DNA of 64,000 nt from Candidatus Levyibacteriota bacterium (lineage in GTDB: Bacteria > Patescibacteriota > Microgenomatia > Levybacterales > UBA12049). Both the position numbers and the translations under genes were made by a program. Shown here piece after piece: positions 18,423 to 27,679 of the stretch. The stretch covers positions 41,553-105,552 of the forward strand of contig JAUSEW010000027.1 in NCBI GenBank assembly GCA_030651475.1, given 5' to 3'. The notes under the pieces are model-generated. The model was given only the letters and a program-made list of their open reading frames with translations, had not been told where the DNA came from and did not search any database. The stretch's first letter is position 1, and every line of letters begins with the position of its first letter.

Positions 18423-19550
18423 ATGAAGTTTTTAGATAATAAAGAATTCGATGTGGTGATAATTGGAGGGGGTTTTTATGGCTGTATGCTGGCATTATTT
18501 TTGCGTGCACATTTTGACAAAGTCCTCATTATTGAAAAAGAAGAAGATCTTTTAACAAAGGCTTCGTATAATAATCAGGCGCGAGTACATAATGGTTATC
18601 ATTATCCGAGAAGCTTTATTACCGCATTAAGGTCTCATGTAAATTTCGCTCAATTTAGTGCGAATTTTAAAGAGGCAATAGAAGATAATTTTACGATGGC
18701 TTATGCTATAGCCTCCAATAATTCAAAAGTGACAAGTTCTCAATTTCTAAAATTTTGCAATCAAGTAGGTTCTCCTATTAAGCCAGCTCCCGAAAAAATA
18801 AAAAGGCTGTTTGATCAAAGATTAATAGAGGAGGTTTTTGCCGTTGAGGAAGTCGTATATAATGCGAGAATATTAAGAGAGCTGTTGAAAGATAAACTGC
18901 AAAAGGCGAGCGTAAAAATTTCATACAATACGGAAGTTACGAAGATAAGTAAACAAAAAGACGGAAACATAAGTATTGTCACTAAAAACAATAATTACAT
19001 AACAGGGAAGCATGTTTTTAATTGCACTTACTCGCAAATAAATACGGTACTTAATAATTCTAATTTACCGTTTCTTCCTTTTAAACATGAATTTACAGAG
19101 ATGCCTTTAATTAGAATGCCAAAAGAATTAAAAAATTTCGGGGTAACGATAATGGACGGTCCATTTTTTTCTATAATGCCTTTTCCTGATAAAAAATTAC
19201 ATACCTTGCATCATGTTCGTTATACTCCACGTTTTGCATGGTCAGATCTAGATAATAAACGTAGAGGTAAAAAAAGAATTGAGCTATCAAGTTTTAAAAA
19301 AGACTCGCATTTTGCATTTATGATGAAAGATGCTCAAAGATATATACCATCCCTGAAAGGGCTTAAGCATTTAGGTTCGATATGGGAGACAAAGACTCTT
19401 TTGATTGAAAATGAGGATAATGATAGGCGGCCGATTTTATATAGAAAAGACTACGGGATAAAAAATTTTCATATTGTCATGGGCGGTAAAATAGACAATA
19501 TCTATGATGCTATAAATGAGATTAAAAGACAGAATCCGGATTTTAACTAA
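18423..19550 (+). CDS. FAD/NAD(P)-binding oxidoreductase
   Basis: N-terminal DVVIIGGGFYGCMLALFL dinucleotide-binding motif. Confidence 0.55.
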   Translation: MKFLDNKEFDVVIIGGGFYGCMLALFLRAHFDKVLIIEKEEDLLTKASYNNQARVHNGYHYPRSFITALRSHVNFAQFSANFKEAIEDNFTMAYAIASNNSKVTSSQFLKFCNQVGSPIKPAPEKIKRLFDQRLIEEVFAVEEVVYNARILRELLKDKLQKASVKISYNTEVTKISKQKDGNISIVTKNNNYITGKHVFNCTYSQINTVLNNSNLPFLPFKHEFTEMPLIRMPKELKNFGVTIMDGPFFSIMPFPDKKLHTLHHVRYTPRFAWSDLDNKRRGKKRIELSSFKKDSHFAFMMKDAQRYIPSLKGLKHLGSIWETKTLLIENEDNDRRPILYRKDYGIKNFHIVMGGKIDNIYDAINEIKRQNPDFN

Positions 19551-20329
19551 GGATTATAAGCATTTGCAAGAATTTTTAATACAGTAAATAGCAAATCCAT
19601 GTTTCCCCTTATGCCTGTAATTTTTGTAGGAATTTCTCCTTTTGGGTAAATTCTGCTAACAGGAATCTCTTTAGTCTTAAGCCCAAGCTGATTGGCTCTT
19701 GCTGTAAGATAGAATATTAATTCATATCTATCGAAAATTTTCCTAAATGGTTTAACTTTTGGGTGAAGCAGATACTTTTTGCTATATGCCCTAAAGCCGT
19801 TAGTGGTATCAGTATACCAATAACGCGCTGCAAGACTTAAAAGAGGCGCATGAAGAAAACGTATTCCAATAGCTCGAAGAAGAGGGGTGTTTACCCATAC
19901 GCCGCCTTTAATAAAGCGGGATCCTTGAACATAATCAAATCCTTCATCTAGGGCGCGAACGAAATCGGGTATGGCATCTATACCGTCTTTTCCGTTGCCG
20001 TCTATGGTAATCACGCCTTCGTATCCTTGTTCTAAAGCGTATGCGAATCCCATCCGAAGTTGTGCGCTTTGTCTTCCTTTTTCTTTTAGCACCAATAAGC
20101 TTCTGACCTTATTCTTTTTTAAAAAATTAGCGTCTGTTGACCCATCGGTACTGCCTTTGTCAAGGATGATAATATCAACCAGAGAAGCATATTTGTTCAT
20201 TGCTATCAATTGCTGTTTGAATTTTTCTCCTTCGTTTACAACAGGAATACAAATGCAGTATTTTGTTTCTTTTGGCTTAAACTCAAGCAAAGCGTAGGGT
20301 GGTATTTCCCAGTTAGTTTGCCTTAACAT
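19547..20329 (-). CDS. Glycosyltransferase, GT2 family (DPM1-like, soluble)
   Basis: CICIPVVNEGEKF...IIILDKGSTDGSTD...GSRF...TNGFRAY motifs. Confidence 0.7.
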   Translation of the reverse strand: MLRQTNWEIPPYALLEFKPKETKYCICIPVVNEGEKFKQQLIAMNKYASLVDIIILDKGSTDGSTDANFLKKNKVRSLLVLKEKGRQSAQLRMGFAYALEQGYEGVITIDGNGKDGIDAIPDFVRALDEGFDYVQGSRFIKGGVWVNTPLLRAIGIRFLHAPLLSLAARYWYTDTTNGFRAYSKKYLLHPKVKPFRKIFDRYELIFYLTARANQLGLKTKEIPVSRIYPKGEIPTKITGIRGNMDLLFTVLKILANAYNP

Positions 20330-20346
20330 AATTTTTCCTATTTGTA

Positions 20347-21168
20347 TTATCTGTAAATTCCAGTTACTAATGCAAGTGCTTTATCAACGCGTTCTATGTT
20401 AGAATCATTATCGGATGAGCGCATCTCTATAGAAATCCATTTATTATCGTTATAATTCAGTTTTTTTAAAACTGCGGCAATTTTTCCATTATCAACTTTC
20501 CCTTCTTTTTCTATGGGTTCAAGGTATGGTTCGCTAATATGAAAATGCTTAAGGATGCTTAAGCCATTTTTTATAGAGTCTTCGTAGGATTCTCTATTTA
20601 TCGTCATAGTGCTTGTGTCAAGATGAAGTCTGAAATGGGGATGATTAACTGCTGTTACCAGTTTTATTGCGTCATTGGTATTGAGGATAAAATCCGCACC
20701 GTACTGCGGAGGATTTGGCTCAATGCAGAAAAATATATTATATGGTCGGCAAATTTCTGCGATTTTGTAAAAAAATTCACAGGCGATTCCTAAAGCTTTA
20801 TTATGTTCTAACCCATTAACTTTTCTATTCTTGGGAGATCCAAATACCATTATTCTGGAGTCTAAAAGAAATGATAAGTGGATAATACGAGAAATGTAGT
20901 CTATGGTTTTTGCCCTTGTTTCTTTAGAATCAAATATGGTTAATTCCGGATGACCAAATAAAAGAGATTGCATAGCGATAATACGAATGCCATTATCTAG
21001 CCAATAATTTTTATATCTTTTTACCTCTTTATCGTTTGCCTCAAGGGGATTTTTCCAAATTTTTGTTGGGGCAACTTCTATTCCGGAAATTTTGTATTTT
21101 TTCAATATCTTTGCAATTTCCCCATCTTCTTCTTTGTTCCAGGCGATATTTGAGATTGCTATATTCAT
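20347..21168 (-). CDS. Xylose-isomerase-like TIM-barrel protein (sugar phosphate isomerase/epimerase family)
   Basis: Overall resemblance to the AP-endonuclease-2/xylose-isomerase-like TIM-barrel family (IAISNIAWNKEED...GIEVAP...). Moderate certainty only. Confidence 0.45.
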   Translation of the reverse strand: MNIAISNIAWNKEEDGEIAKILKKYKISGIEVAPTKIWKNPLEANDKEVKRYKNYWLDNGIRIIAMQSLLFGHPELTIFDSKETRAKTIDYISRIIHLSFLLDSRIMVFGSPKNRKVNGLEHNKALGIACEFFYKIAEICRPYNIFFCIEPNPPQYGADFILNTNDAIKLVTAVNHPHFRLHLDTSTMTINRESYEDSIKNGLSILKHFHISEPYLEPIEKEGKVDNGKIAAVLKKLNYNDNKWISIEMRSSDNDSNIERVDKALALVTGIYR

Positions 21169-21932
21169 TTTATTTTGCTTTTTATAAATTCCTTAAGTTC
21201 ACTTAATGTTACTTCTTTATCGTATAGGTATTTAGTTTTTGACCCATATAAATAACCGTATTTGGTGAGCATGTTATAGTTTACAGGCGGATTTTTCGTA
21301 ACATTAGTAAAATCCAAATCAAGCGTATATTTAGCAACCTCTTTTACGGAAAGAGGCTCTACGGCTAGATGAACTAACTTAAGGGAATTTTTTATAGCGA
21401 GCTGTATGTCTTTCCAGATATTTTCCAAATTGTACCACTGAAACTTGTTTTCTTTATGAATTAAATCCCAGCGGTTATTGTATATTAAGTCAAAAACAGC
21501 ATTTTTTTTAAGGCCTTCGCCAAAAGTTTGCGGCAATCTGATAATAATTGCATTAGGAAACGTTTTTGCTATGAATTTTTCAAGGTTATATCGATTACGT
21601 CCATACCCTTGAGTGAGTTTTGCAGGATTAATCAGAGTATCTTCGTCTACGTTATAGGGGTTTGGATATACATCCACTGTCGATATTAGGATAAAAAGCT
21701 TTGTTTTAATATGTTTCAAGCAATCAATAAATTTCTCAATTTTTTCCCAGTCTTTTTTCGGTTCGAGATTTGCTTGCCATTTCAAAGACGCAGTTGCGGC
21801 GCTTACTACCAAATCGTAGTTTTTACCCCCTATATCTTTAATGTTTTTGGAATTATATAAATCGTCAAATTTTGTTTGTTGGATAAGATTTCCACCAATA
21901 AAACCACTATAGCCTATTAAAGCAGATAACAT
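21165..21932 (-). CDS. Rossmann-fold NAD(P)-binding protein, divergent epimerase/reductase-like (RmlD-like?)
   Basis: N-terminal ALIGYSGFIGGNL glycine-rich motif. Short (255 aa). No clear YxxxK, so the catalytic class is uncertain. Confidence 0.35.
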   Translation of the reverse strand: MLSALIGYSGFIGGNLIQQTKFDDLYNSKNIKDIGGKNYDLVVSAATASLKWQANLEPKKDWEKIEKFIDCLKHIKTKLFILISTVDVYPNPYNVDEDTLINPAKLTQGYGRNRYNLEKFIAKTFPNAIIIRLPQTFGEGLKKNAVFDLIYNNRWDLIHKENKFQWYNLENIWKDIQLAIKNSLKLVHLAVEPLSVKEVAKYTLDLDFTNVTKNPPVNYNMLTKYGYLYGSKTKYLYDKEVTLSELKEFIKSKIK

Positions 21933-21935
21933 AAG

Positions 21936-22931
21936 CTAAACCACATTTACGTTTCGTTTTTTTCTAAGAATTACTGATTTGTCTATCTCATCAGCTATAA
22001 AATAAAGCGGTTCATTTCGGGACTCATTCATTATTCTTATAATGTATTCGGAAATTAGAGTTAATAAGGAAAATAATAGAAAAAACATAGTGCCTAAAAC
22101 CGTAGCGACGCTAATCCAGCCCTGCGGAGCAATATTTTTCCCAAAAAATAATTCAAGTAAAACTATAATAAAGATATAGATTATAAAAAGTAAGCTAAAT
22201 AGCATTCCCAAAAAGCTAAATATTCTCATTGGCCTAAATGAGTTTGAAATAATTATGTCAGCTACATTGAGAAGAAGTACGGGAAAGCTTTCTTTCTTTA
22301 GTTTGTAACGGAAGGTCTTTAAAGGTTTATAATCAACTGCGCACTTTTTAAACCCAATTAGATAGTTGATATAGCTAAAATTTCTGCTTTTTCTTCGTGT
22401 GCGAGTTATAGAATTGATTGCTTTTCTATTCAACGCAATTAAATAATTTTGGCTGTAATAAAATTCGTGGGTGGAGATTTTTTTTACGATTCTCAAAAAA
22501 AGACTGCTTAAGAATCCGTATCTTGTGATATCTTTTGACGGTTTTCCGATTACAACGTCGTAATCTTCCAAAAGCTTATTTGTCAAAACAGCAAGCATTT
22601 CCGGCGGATCCAAATATATATTAAATAAAATAGCGTAATCTCCGATGCAGTTATCAAGTCCCGCTGTTAGAGCGATTTCTTTATCGTATTGTTTAGACAG
22701 CCTTAAAGTTCTAATATAGGGAATAGTTTTTCCTATTTTTCTTATTTCCTGTATTGTGTTATCCAAAGAATTATTATCAACGACCAAAATTTCGTAATCT
22801 ACATCAAGTTTCAAAAGTTCTTTATTTATCTCTTTTAACCTATTTCCCACAATGTCTTCGTCGTTTTCTGTGACGACGATTACGGAAACTATCGCATCTT
22901 GCAGTAATAATTCTCTGTGTTGCTTCTTCAT
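21936..22931 (-). CDS. GT2 polyprenyl-phosphate sugar synthase (GtrB/CsbB-like) with C-terminal TM helices
   Basis: VSVIVVTENDED...YEILVVDNNSLDNT GT-A domain and two C-terminal TM helices (FLGMLFSLLFIIYIFIIVLL... and VATVLGTMFFLLFSLLTLI). Confidence 0.75.
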   Translation of the reverse strand: MKKQHRELLLQDAIVSVIVVTENDEDIVGNRLKEINKELLKLDVDYEILVVDNNSLDNTIQEIRKIGKTIPYIRTLRLSKQYDKEIALTAGLDNCIGDYAILFNIYLDPPEMLAVLTNKLLEDYDVVIGKPSKDITRYGFLSSLFLRIVKKISTHEFYYSQNYLIALNRKAINSITRTRRKSRNFSYINYLIGFKKCAVDYKPLKTFRYKLKKESFPVLLLNVADIIISNSFRPMRIFSFLGMLFSLLFIIYIFIIVLLELFFGKNIAPQGWISVATVLGTMFFLLFSLLTLISEYIIRIMNESRNEPLYFIADEIDKSVILRKKRNVNVV

Positions 22932-23068
22932 TCGCTTTAAATTATATAATATCTGGTTATGTTATGTCTAATTAGATGTGGTGGGAAAGCAAAACCGTTT
23001 CCTCCCAATAGCGGTAGACTAAAAATCTTTGATACATTTGTTTAAAAGAAAGCTGTATAATTGAAGTA
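22932..23068. promoter_or_regulatory. Divergent intergenic region (137 bp) with multiple TATAAT-like boxes and a GGGAAAgcaaaaccgTTTCCtCCC imperfect inverted repeat
   Basis: Lies between 21936..22931(-) and 23069..23827(+). Read directly. Confidence 0.3.
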
Positions 23069-23827
23069 ATGAAGACTACTATCAAAAGCCCAAAAGTAAT
23101 CGGGATTATCTTGACATACAAACACGCATCTTTTTTGGAAGACCTCTATCACAGTTTACCGGAAGGGGTTTTCGATAGCATCATTGTTTCCAATGACGAG
23201 AGTGGAGATAACATTGGCGTTATTGCCGAAAAGCTTGGTATTCCATATTTTTCCCACCCGCGCTTAGGATACGGAGGTAACATTAAATATGGATTACAAA
23301 AAGCTCTTGAAATGGGTGGGGAATATATGGTGGAAATCCACGGAGACGGACAGTATGGTACTTTGGGTATCATCCCGGGAATTCAAAAAATGAAAAAAGG
23401 TTATGATTTTATCTTAGGTTCGAGATTTACAGATTTAAATCTTCCCTTAAAAGATAAAATGCCGTTTCTTAAGTATTTGGCGAATATCGGCTTGAGTTTT
23501 CTTGATCGTCTAATCCTGCGGTTGCCGCTTTCCGAATTCCACACAGGCTTTCGCATCTACAGCCGGCGGCTTTTGACCAAAGCTGACTTAAAACATACAT
23601 CCAATGATCACTTATTTAGTTTTCAGATAATCGCTCTTGCCGCATACCATAATTTAAAAGTAGGGGAGATTCCTGTGAGAGGTGATTATGCTCACGAACA
23701 TAGTTCGATTAGCATTAGGGAGTCTGTTAAATATACCTTTCAGACATTTGACGTTTTAGCGCAGTATCTTTGGACTCGTTTGGGATTTGAGACCAAGCTT
23801 TTTAAACGTAGCAAACACTCTATATAA
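23069..23827 (+). CDS. Glycosyltransferase, GT2 family (DPM1-like)
   Basis: IGIILTYKHASF...SNDESGDN...GSRF...TGFRIY motifs. Confidence 0.7.
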   Translation: MKTTIKSPKVIGIILTYKHASFLEDLYHSLPEGVFDSIIVSNDESGDNIGVIAEKLGIPYFSHPRLGYGGNIKYGLQKALEMGGEYMVEIHGDGQYGTLGIIPGIQKMKKGYDFILGSRFTDLNLPLKDKMPFLKYLANIGLSFLDRLILRLPLSEFHTGFRIYSRRLLTKADLKHTSNDHLFSFQIIALAAYHNLKVGEIPVRGDYAHEHSSISIRESVKYTFQTFDVLAQYLWTRLGFETKLFKRSKHSI

Positions 23828-25055
23828 TTGTTACCTTCGGAATCGGCACTATAAATTTAACGTTTTTGTTTTTTAGCCACGACTCATTTTTCATAATTGA
23901 GGAAGCGTAATTCCATGCCAAAATTAAAACATAATCGGGAAGATTTTTTTTGATGTGTTCAGGCGGTAATATAGGAATGTGTGTGCCTGGAGTAAATTTT
24001 CCCTGTTTAAATGCGGTCGTGTCTGCAATATAGTCAATTATCTCTGTTCCAATCCCGCAATATTGAAGTAAGGTATTGCCCTTGGCAGCTGCGCCATAAC
24101 CTACTATTTTTTTATTTTGTTTTTTTAGACCGATCAACAGTTTCAATAGTTTTTTCTTGATTTTTTGCGGAACAGTGCCGAACTTCTTGTATGTCTTAAG
24201 ATTATGGAGGCCGTTTTCTTCTTCAAGGTTTTGCATTTTCAGGACTCTTTTGTTAACAGGGAACAATAAGGGCTTATGTCCGGCGAATACGCGTATAGAT
24301 CCGCCTTGAGTATCAACACGCTCAACATCAAATATTTGTAATCCCCAGATATCCAAAAGCTTTACCAAGGGGAAAAGTGAAAAATAACAGATATGCTCAT
24401 GGTAGGTGTTATCGAATTCATTTTTCTTAATTAAATCGCCTAAATATTGCACTTCGAATATAAAAATGCCTTTTTCGTCAAGCAATTTTTTCACGCCTGC
24501 AATTATTCCATGCAAGTTGTTTGTATGGGCTAGAATATTATTGGCGGTGATTATACCGGCATGACCGTATTCTTTCACAATATTTTTGGCAACGTTTAGA
24601 TTAAAAAACAGAGCTTTGGTTTCAATACCATTTCTTCTGGCTATTCTAGCAACATTTTTTGCCGGATCAACGCCTAATACCTTAGCGCCTAATTTTTGAA
24701 AATGCTTAAGAAGTATGCCGTCATTGCTGCCAATATCCAGAATGAACTGTTTTGTTTGGGTAGGAAATTTTCTGTAAACATCTTCAGCGTACTTTCTAAA
24801 ATGCTCATGTAACGGTTGTGATGCCCCGGTAAAATAAGCATAGTCTTCAAACAGCATTTTCCTATCGACCCAATCTTTAAGCTGCGCCAGATGACACGCT
24901 GGGCAATAATAAACCCGTAGCGGGAATTTAAGCTCCGGGCGTTTTAGACCCGCCTTATTTAGGCAAGAATTGGCAAGCGCGATTTTACCAAGATCCAAGT
25001 ATTTAATAAGACGTGGATTACTACAGATAATACATTTTTTATTCTTCTTAAGCAT
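23820..25055 (-). CDS. Zinc-ribbon SAM-dependent C-methyltransferase, TylC3/NDP-hexose C-methyltransferase-like (three-domain architecture)
   Basis: N-terminal CIICSN...CPACH zinc ribbon. Central ILDIGSNDGILL motif I. About 150 aa C-terminal extension as in the C-methyltransferase C-terminal domain family. Confidence 0.6.
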   Translation of the reverse strand: MLKKNKKCIICSNPRLIKYLDLGKIALANSCLNKAGLKRPELKFPLRVYYCPACHLAQLKDWVDRKMLFEDYAYFTGASQPLHEHFRKYAEDVYRKFPTQTKQFILDIGSNDGILLKHFQKLGAKVLGVDPAKNVARIARRNGIETKALFFNLNVAKNIVKEYGHAGIITANNILAHTNNLHGIIAGVKKLLDEKGIFIFEVQYLGDLIKKNEFDNTYHEHICYFSLFPLVKLLDIWGLQIFDVERVDTQGGSIRVFAGHKPLLFPVNKRVLKMQNLEEENGLHNLKTYKKFGTVPQKIKKKLLKLLIGLKKQNKKIVGYGAAAKGNTLLQYCGIGTEIIDYIADTTAFKQGKFTPGTHIPILPPEHIKKNLPDYVLILAWNYASSIMKNESWLKNKNVKFIVPIPKVTII

Positions 25056-25108
25056 TAATGTGCATTTTCACATACAATGGGCAAAGAAGTCAAGACGATA
25101 CTTAAGCC

Positions 25109-26740
25109 CTAGTTGGGGTATATAATTTTATATAATTGCTCATCTTGTTCCCCGTTAATTAATTTAAGTCCGGGATAATCTTTGGGGTTAGTTGAAAGAA
25201 ATAAAACAGCAGGATGCAATTCGCCTGGAGTTGCAATAATGTAGTCGGCTTTTTGCAAATGAGCATAAGTCAATAATTCGTTTAAATCCGAAACAACAGG
25301 CGTATATATAATAAGACTTTTGCTGTAAAAGCCATATGCTTCATGCTTTGACATAAGTCTTTTCCCTGGATCATTTTTCATTAACCATTCATCCTGACTA
25401 ATAATGGTAGATTTTTTAATTGATGTATTTTTTATCTCCTTTAGGATCGATGGCGTGTAAAAAGCATTTGATGATAAAAACACAATAAAAAACAATATTA
25501 GACTTACAATATTAAATTTCATTATTTTTTTTTGTATGTAAGACAACTTGATTGATCCAAAAGCTATGCCTAAAGGTATAAGCGGGTATAGCCAGTATAT
25601 ATATCTTTCATCCCCATTGGGAGCAAAAAACATGACAATTTCAAAGAAAATCAAAGGAACCAGGAATAGAAATGTAAATGTATTATAATCGCGAGTTTTA
25701 AAAAGCATCCATATCGCTCCAAAGAAAAAGGCAAGCATGCCAACCGCAGAAAAGTTTTTATATAGATAGGTTTGTGAGAAATAGTCGAATCTGGTATTGG
25801 CATCTCGGAACCACGCTTCATGAGTTTTTGTTAAAATAGAGAAAAATCCTTTGCCAAATTCAGATTTGACATTAAATGTCTCTGTGCTAAAAAAATCCTG
25901 CGCCCAAGTAGAAGTTTTTGCAGTATTAAAATTAAAAGGACTGTGTAGTTGTGCAGCCGCAGACGCTTTTGCGAGAGGAACAGATTGTTTATATTTATTT
26001 TGCATTGCTATTTGATAAGGTAAATATATAATGGAAAATCCTAAAAGTATAAAAATAGAGATTAAGGCAATTTGTTTATGTAATACCTTATTTTTTAGAA
26101 AGAAAAATACAAGATACATTGCTGATGTGAAAAGAAAACTCGTAAATATAAAAATCCCTTCAGCTTTAGTAAGCGCTGCAAAGCTTAAAAATATTCCGGA
26201 AAAGAAAGCAAAAATATTTCTTTTTGTTTGAAAGCACTTTAAATATAAATAAATCCCCATCCATATTAGAAAAACAAGTAATGCTTCCGTAAGTGCTTGG
26301 GTAGAACTATACGCAAGAGATTTAAAGAATATGACAAAAAAGCATATTAAGATTGTGGTAATTCGGCCAAAATAAACCCTTGAGATTAGATATATTGGTA
26401 GAATAAGTAGAGATCCAAAAACCAAAGATACAATTCGACCAGTCAATCCCCAATCCTGTACAAAGAAATGGAAAAGAGCAGATACTATTGGGAAAAACGG
26501 ACTCCACCACGGATGAAAAATTTTTGCAAAATCCCCATCAAGCAAGCTTCTTGCAATGTCCATATAGATAGCATCATCGGAATATAAACCGTAGGATGGT
26601 TGGCTAAAGAGCACAATATACCTAACACTGAAGCTAAGGAAAACAAGAAATAACAAAAGCAATAAGTCAAAATTAAGAAAAATCTTCTTTGATAAAAATT
26701 TGAGAATATGACTTATGCTATTAATTATCTTAATTAACAT
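25109..26740 (-). CDS. GT-C membrane glycosyltransferase, PMT/ArnT-like (GT39/GT83-like)
   Basis: LYSDDAIYMDIARSLLDG DD motif after TM1. Multi-TM N-terminal half and a C-terminal soluble domain. Confidence 0.55.
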   Translation of the reverse strand: MLIKIINSISHILKFLSKKIFLNFDLLLLLFLVFLSFSVRYIVLFSQPSYGLYSDDAIYMDIARSLLDGDFAKIFHPWWSPFFPIVSALFHFFVQDWGLTGRIVSLVFGSLLILPIYLISRVYFGRITTILICFFVIFFKSLAYSSTQALTEALLVFLIWMGIYLYLKCFQTKRNIFAFFSGIFLSFAALTKAEGIFIFTSFLFTSAMYLVFFFLKNKVLHKQIALISIFILLGFSIIYLPYQIAMQNKYKQSVPLAKASAAAQLHSPFNFNTAKTSTWAQDFFSTETFNVKSEFGKGFFSILTKTHEAWFRDANTRFDYFSQTYLYKNFSAVGMLAFFFGAIWMLFKTRDYNTFTFLFLVPLIFFEIVMFFAPNGDERYIYWLYPLIPLGIAFGSIKLSYIQKKIMKFNIVSLILFFIVFLSSNAFYTPSILKEIKNTSIKKSTIISQDEWLMKNDPGKRLMSKHEAYGFYSKSLIIYTPVVSDLNELLTYAHLQKADYIIATPGELHPAVLFLSTNPKDYPGLKLINGEQDEQLYKIIYPN

Positions 26741-26848
26741 TTAATATATATTTATTTACACGTAATTATAGCATACGCAGTAAGGGGATCAAGCGTTAGT
26801 TTATGTATTTTCATTCAGTTTAATAGTATAATGTTTACTTAGGATCTA
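26741..26848. promoter_or_regulatory. Divergent intergenic region with a TATAAT box (agtataatg) about 20 nt upstream of 26849
   Basis: Lies between 25109..26740(-) and 26849..27679(+). Confidence 0.3.
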
Positions 26849-27679
26849 ATGAAAAATATTTTAGTTTCTGCAATTATATCAACGAAGAATGAAGAATCTG
26901 TTATCGAAAAACTTCTTTTAAGCTTGAAAAGGCAAGCATATAAATTTGTTGAAATTATTGTAGTTGATAATAATTCTTCGGATAAGACAAAGATTATCTC
27001 GAAAAAATACGCAGATTTTGTATTTAATAAAGGTCCGGAAAGAAGCGCTCAAAGAAACTTCGGCGCGCAAAAAGGTAAGGGAGAATATTTATTGTTTTTG
27101 GACGCGGATATGGAGTTAACGCCGACAGTAATCGAAGAATGCGTTAAAATAGCTCAAAGTTCATCTTTTGGGGGAGTAATTATTCCGGAAGAATCATTTG
27201 GGAAAGGTTTTTGGGCGAAGGTTAAGGCTTTTGAACGCAGCTTTTATGTAGGAGATACTGCTATGGAAGCAGCGCGTTTTTATTCAAAAAAAGTTTTTAA
27301 TGAATTAGGAAAATTTGACGAAACCATTACGGGGCCAGAAGATTGGGATCTGTCAGACAGAGTAAGTAAAAAGTTTGATATTGGAAGAATAAAAAGTTTC
27401 ATATTGCATAACGAAGGAACGTTGTCCTTATGGAAACTTTTGAAAAAAAAATATTACTATGCAAAAGGAGCAAGAAACTATATATCCAAGAATAAAATTA
27501 GCACTTTTTCTCCAAAGACGATATCCTTTTTAAGGTCGTCATTCTATAGAAATCCCGAAAAGATTATATTTCATCCTATTCTATTTTGTGCTATGATGGT
27601 AATGCTTTTTGCAGAGCTAGTTGCCGGTGGAATCGGTTATTGTAGCACTGCATTTTTTGGTAAAAAAAACAACTTATGA
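26849..27679 (+). CDS. Glycosyltransferase, GT2 family
   Basis: VSAIISTKNEES...EIIVVDNNSSDKT...FLDADMEL motifs. Confidence 0.7.
   Translation: MKNILVSAIISTKNEESVIEKLLLSLKRQAYKFVEIIVVDNNSSDKTKIISKKYADFVFNKGPERSAQRNFGAQKGKGEYLLFLDADMELTPTVIEECVKIAQSSSFGGVIIPEESFGKGFWAKVKAFERSFYVGDTAMEAARFYSKKVFNELGKFDETITGPEDWDLSDRVSKKFDIGRIKSFILHNEGTLSLWKLLKKKYYYAKGARNYISKNKISTFSPKTISFLRSSFYRNPEKIIFHPILFCAMMVMLFAELVAGGIGYCSTAFFGKKNNL

Noticed and set aside
18423-19550. Calling the FAD protein a UDP-galactopyranose mutase (Glf)
   Set aside because: Only a loose resemblance to the UGM flavin-binding region. The conserved GPHIFH-type motif is not actually present, so it is left as a generic FAD oxidoreductase.
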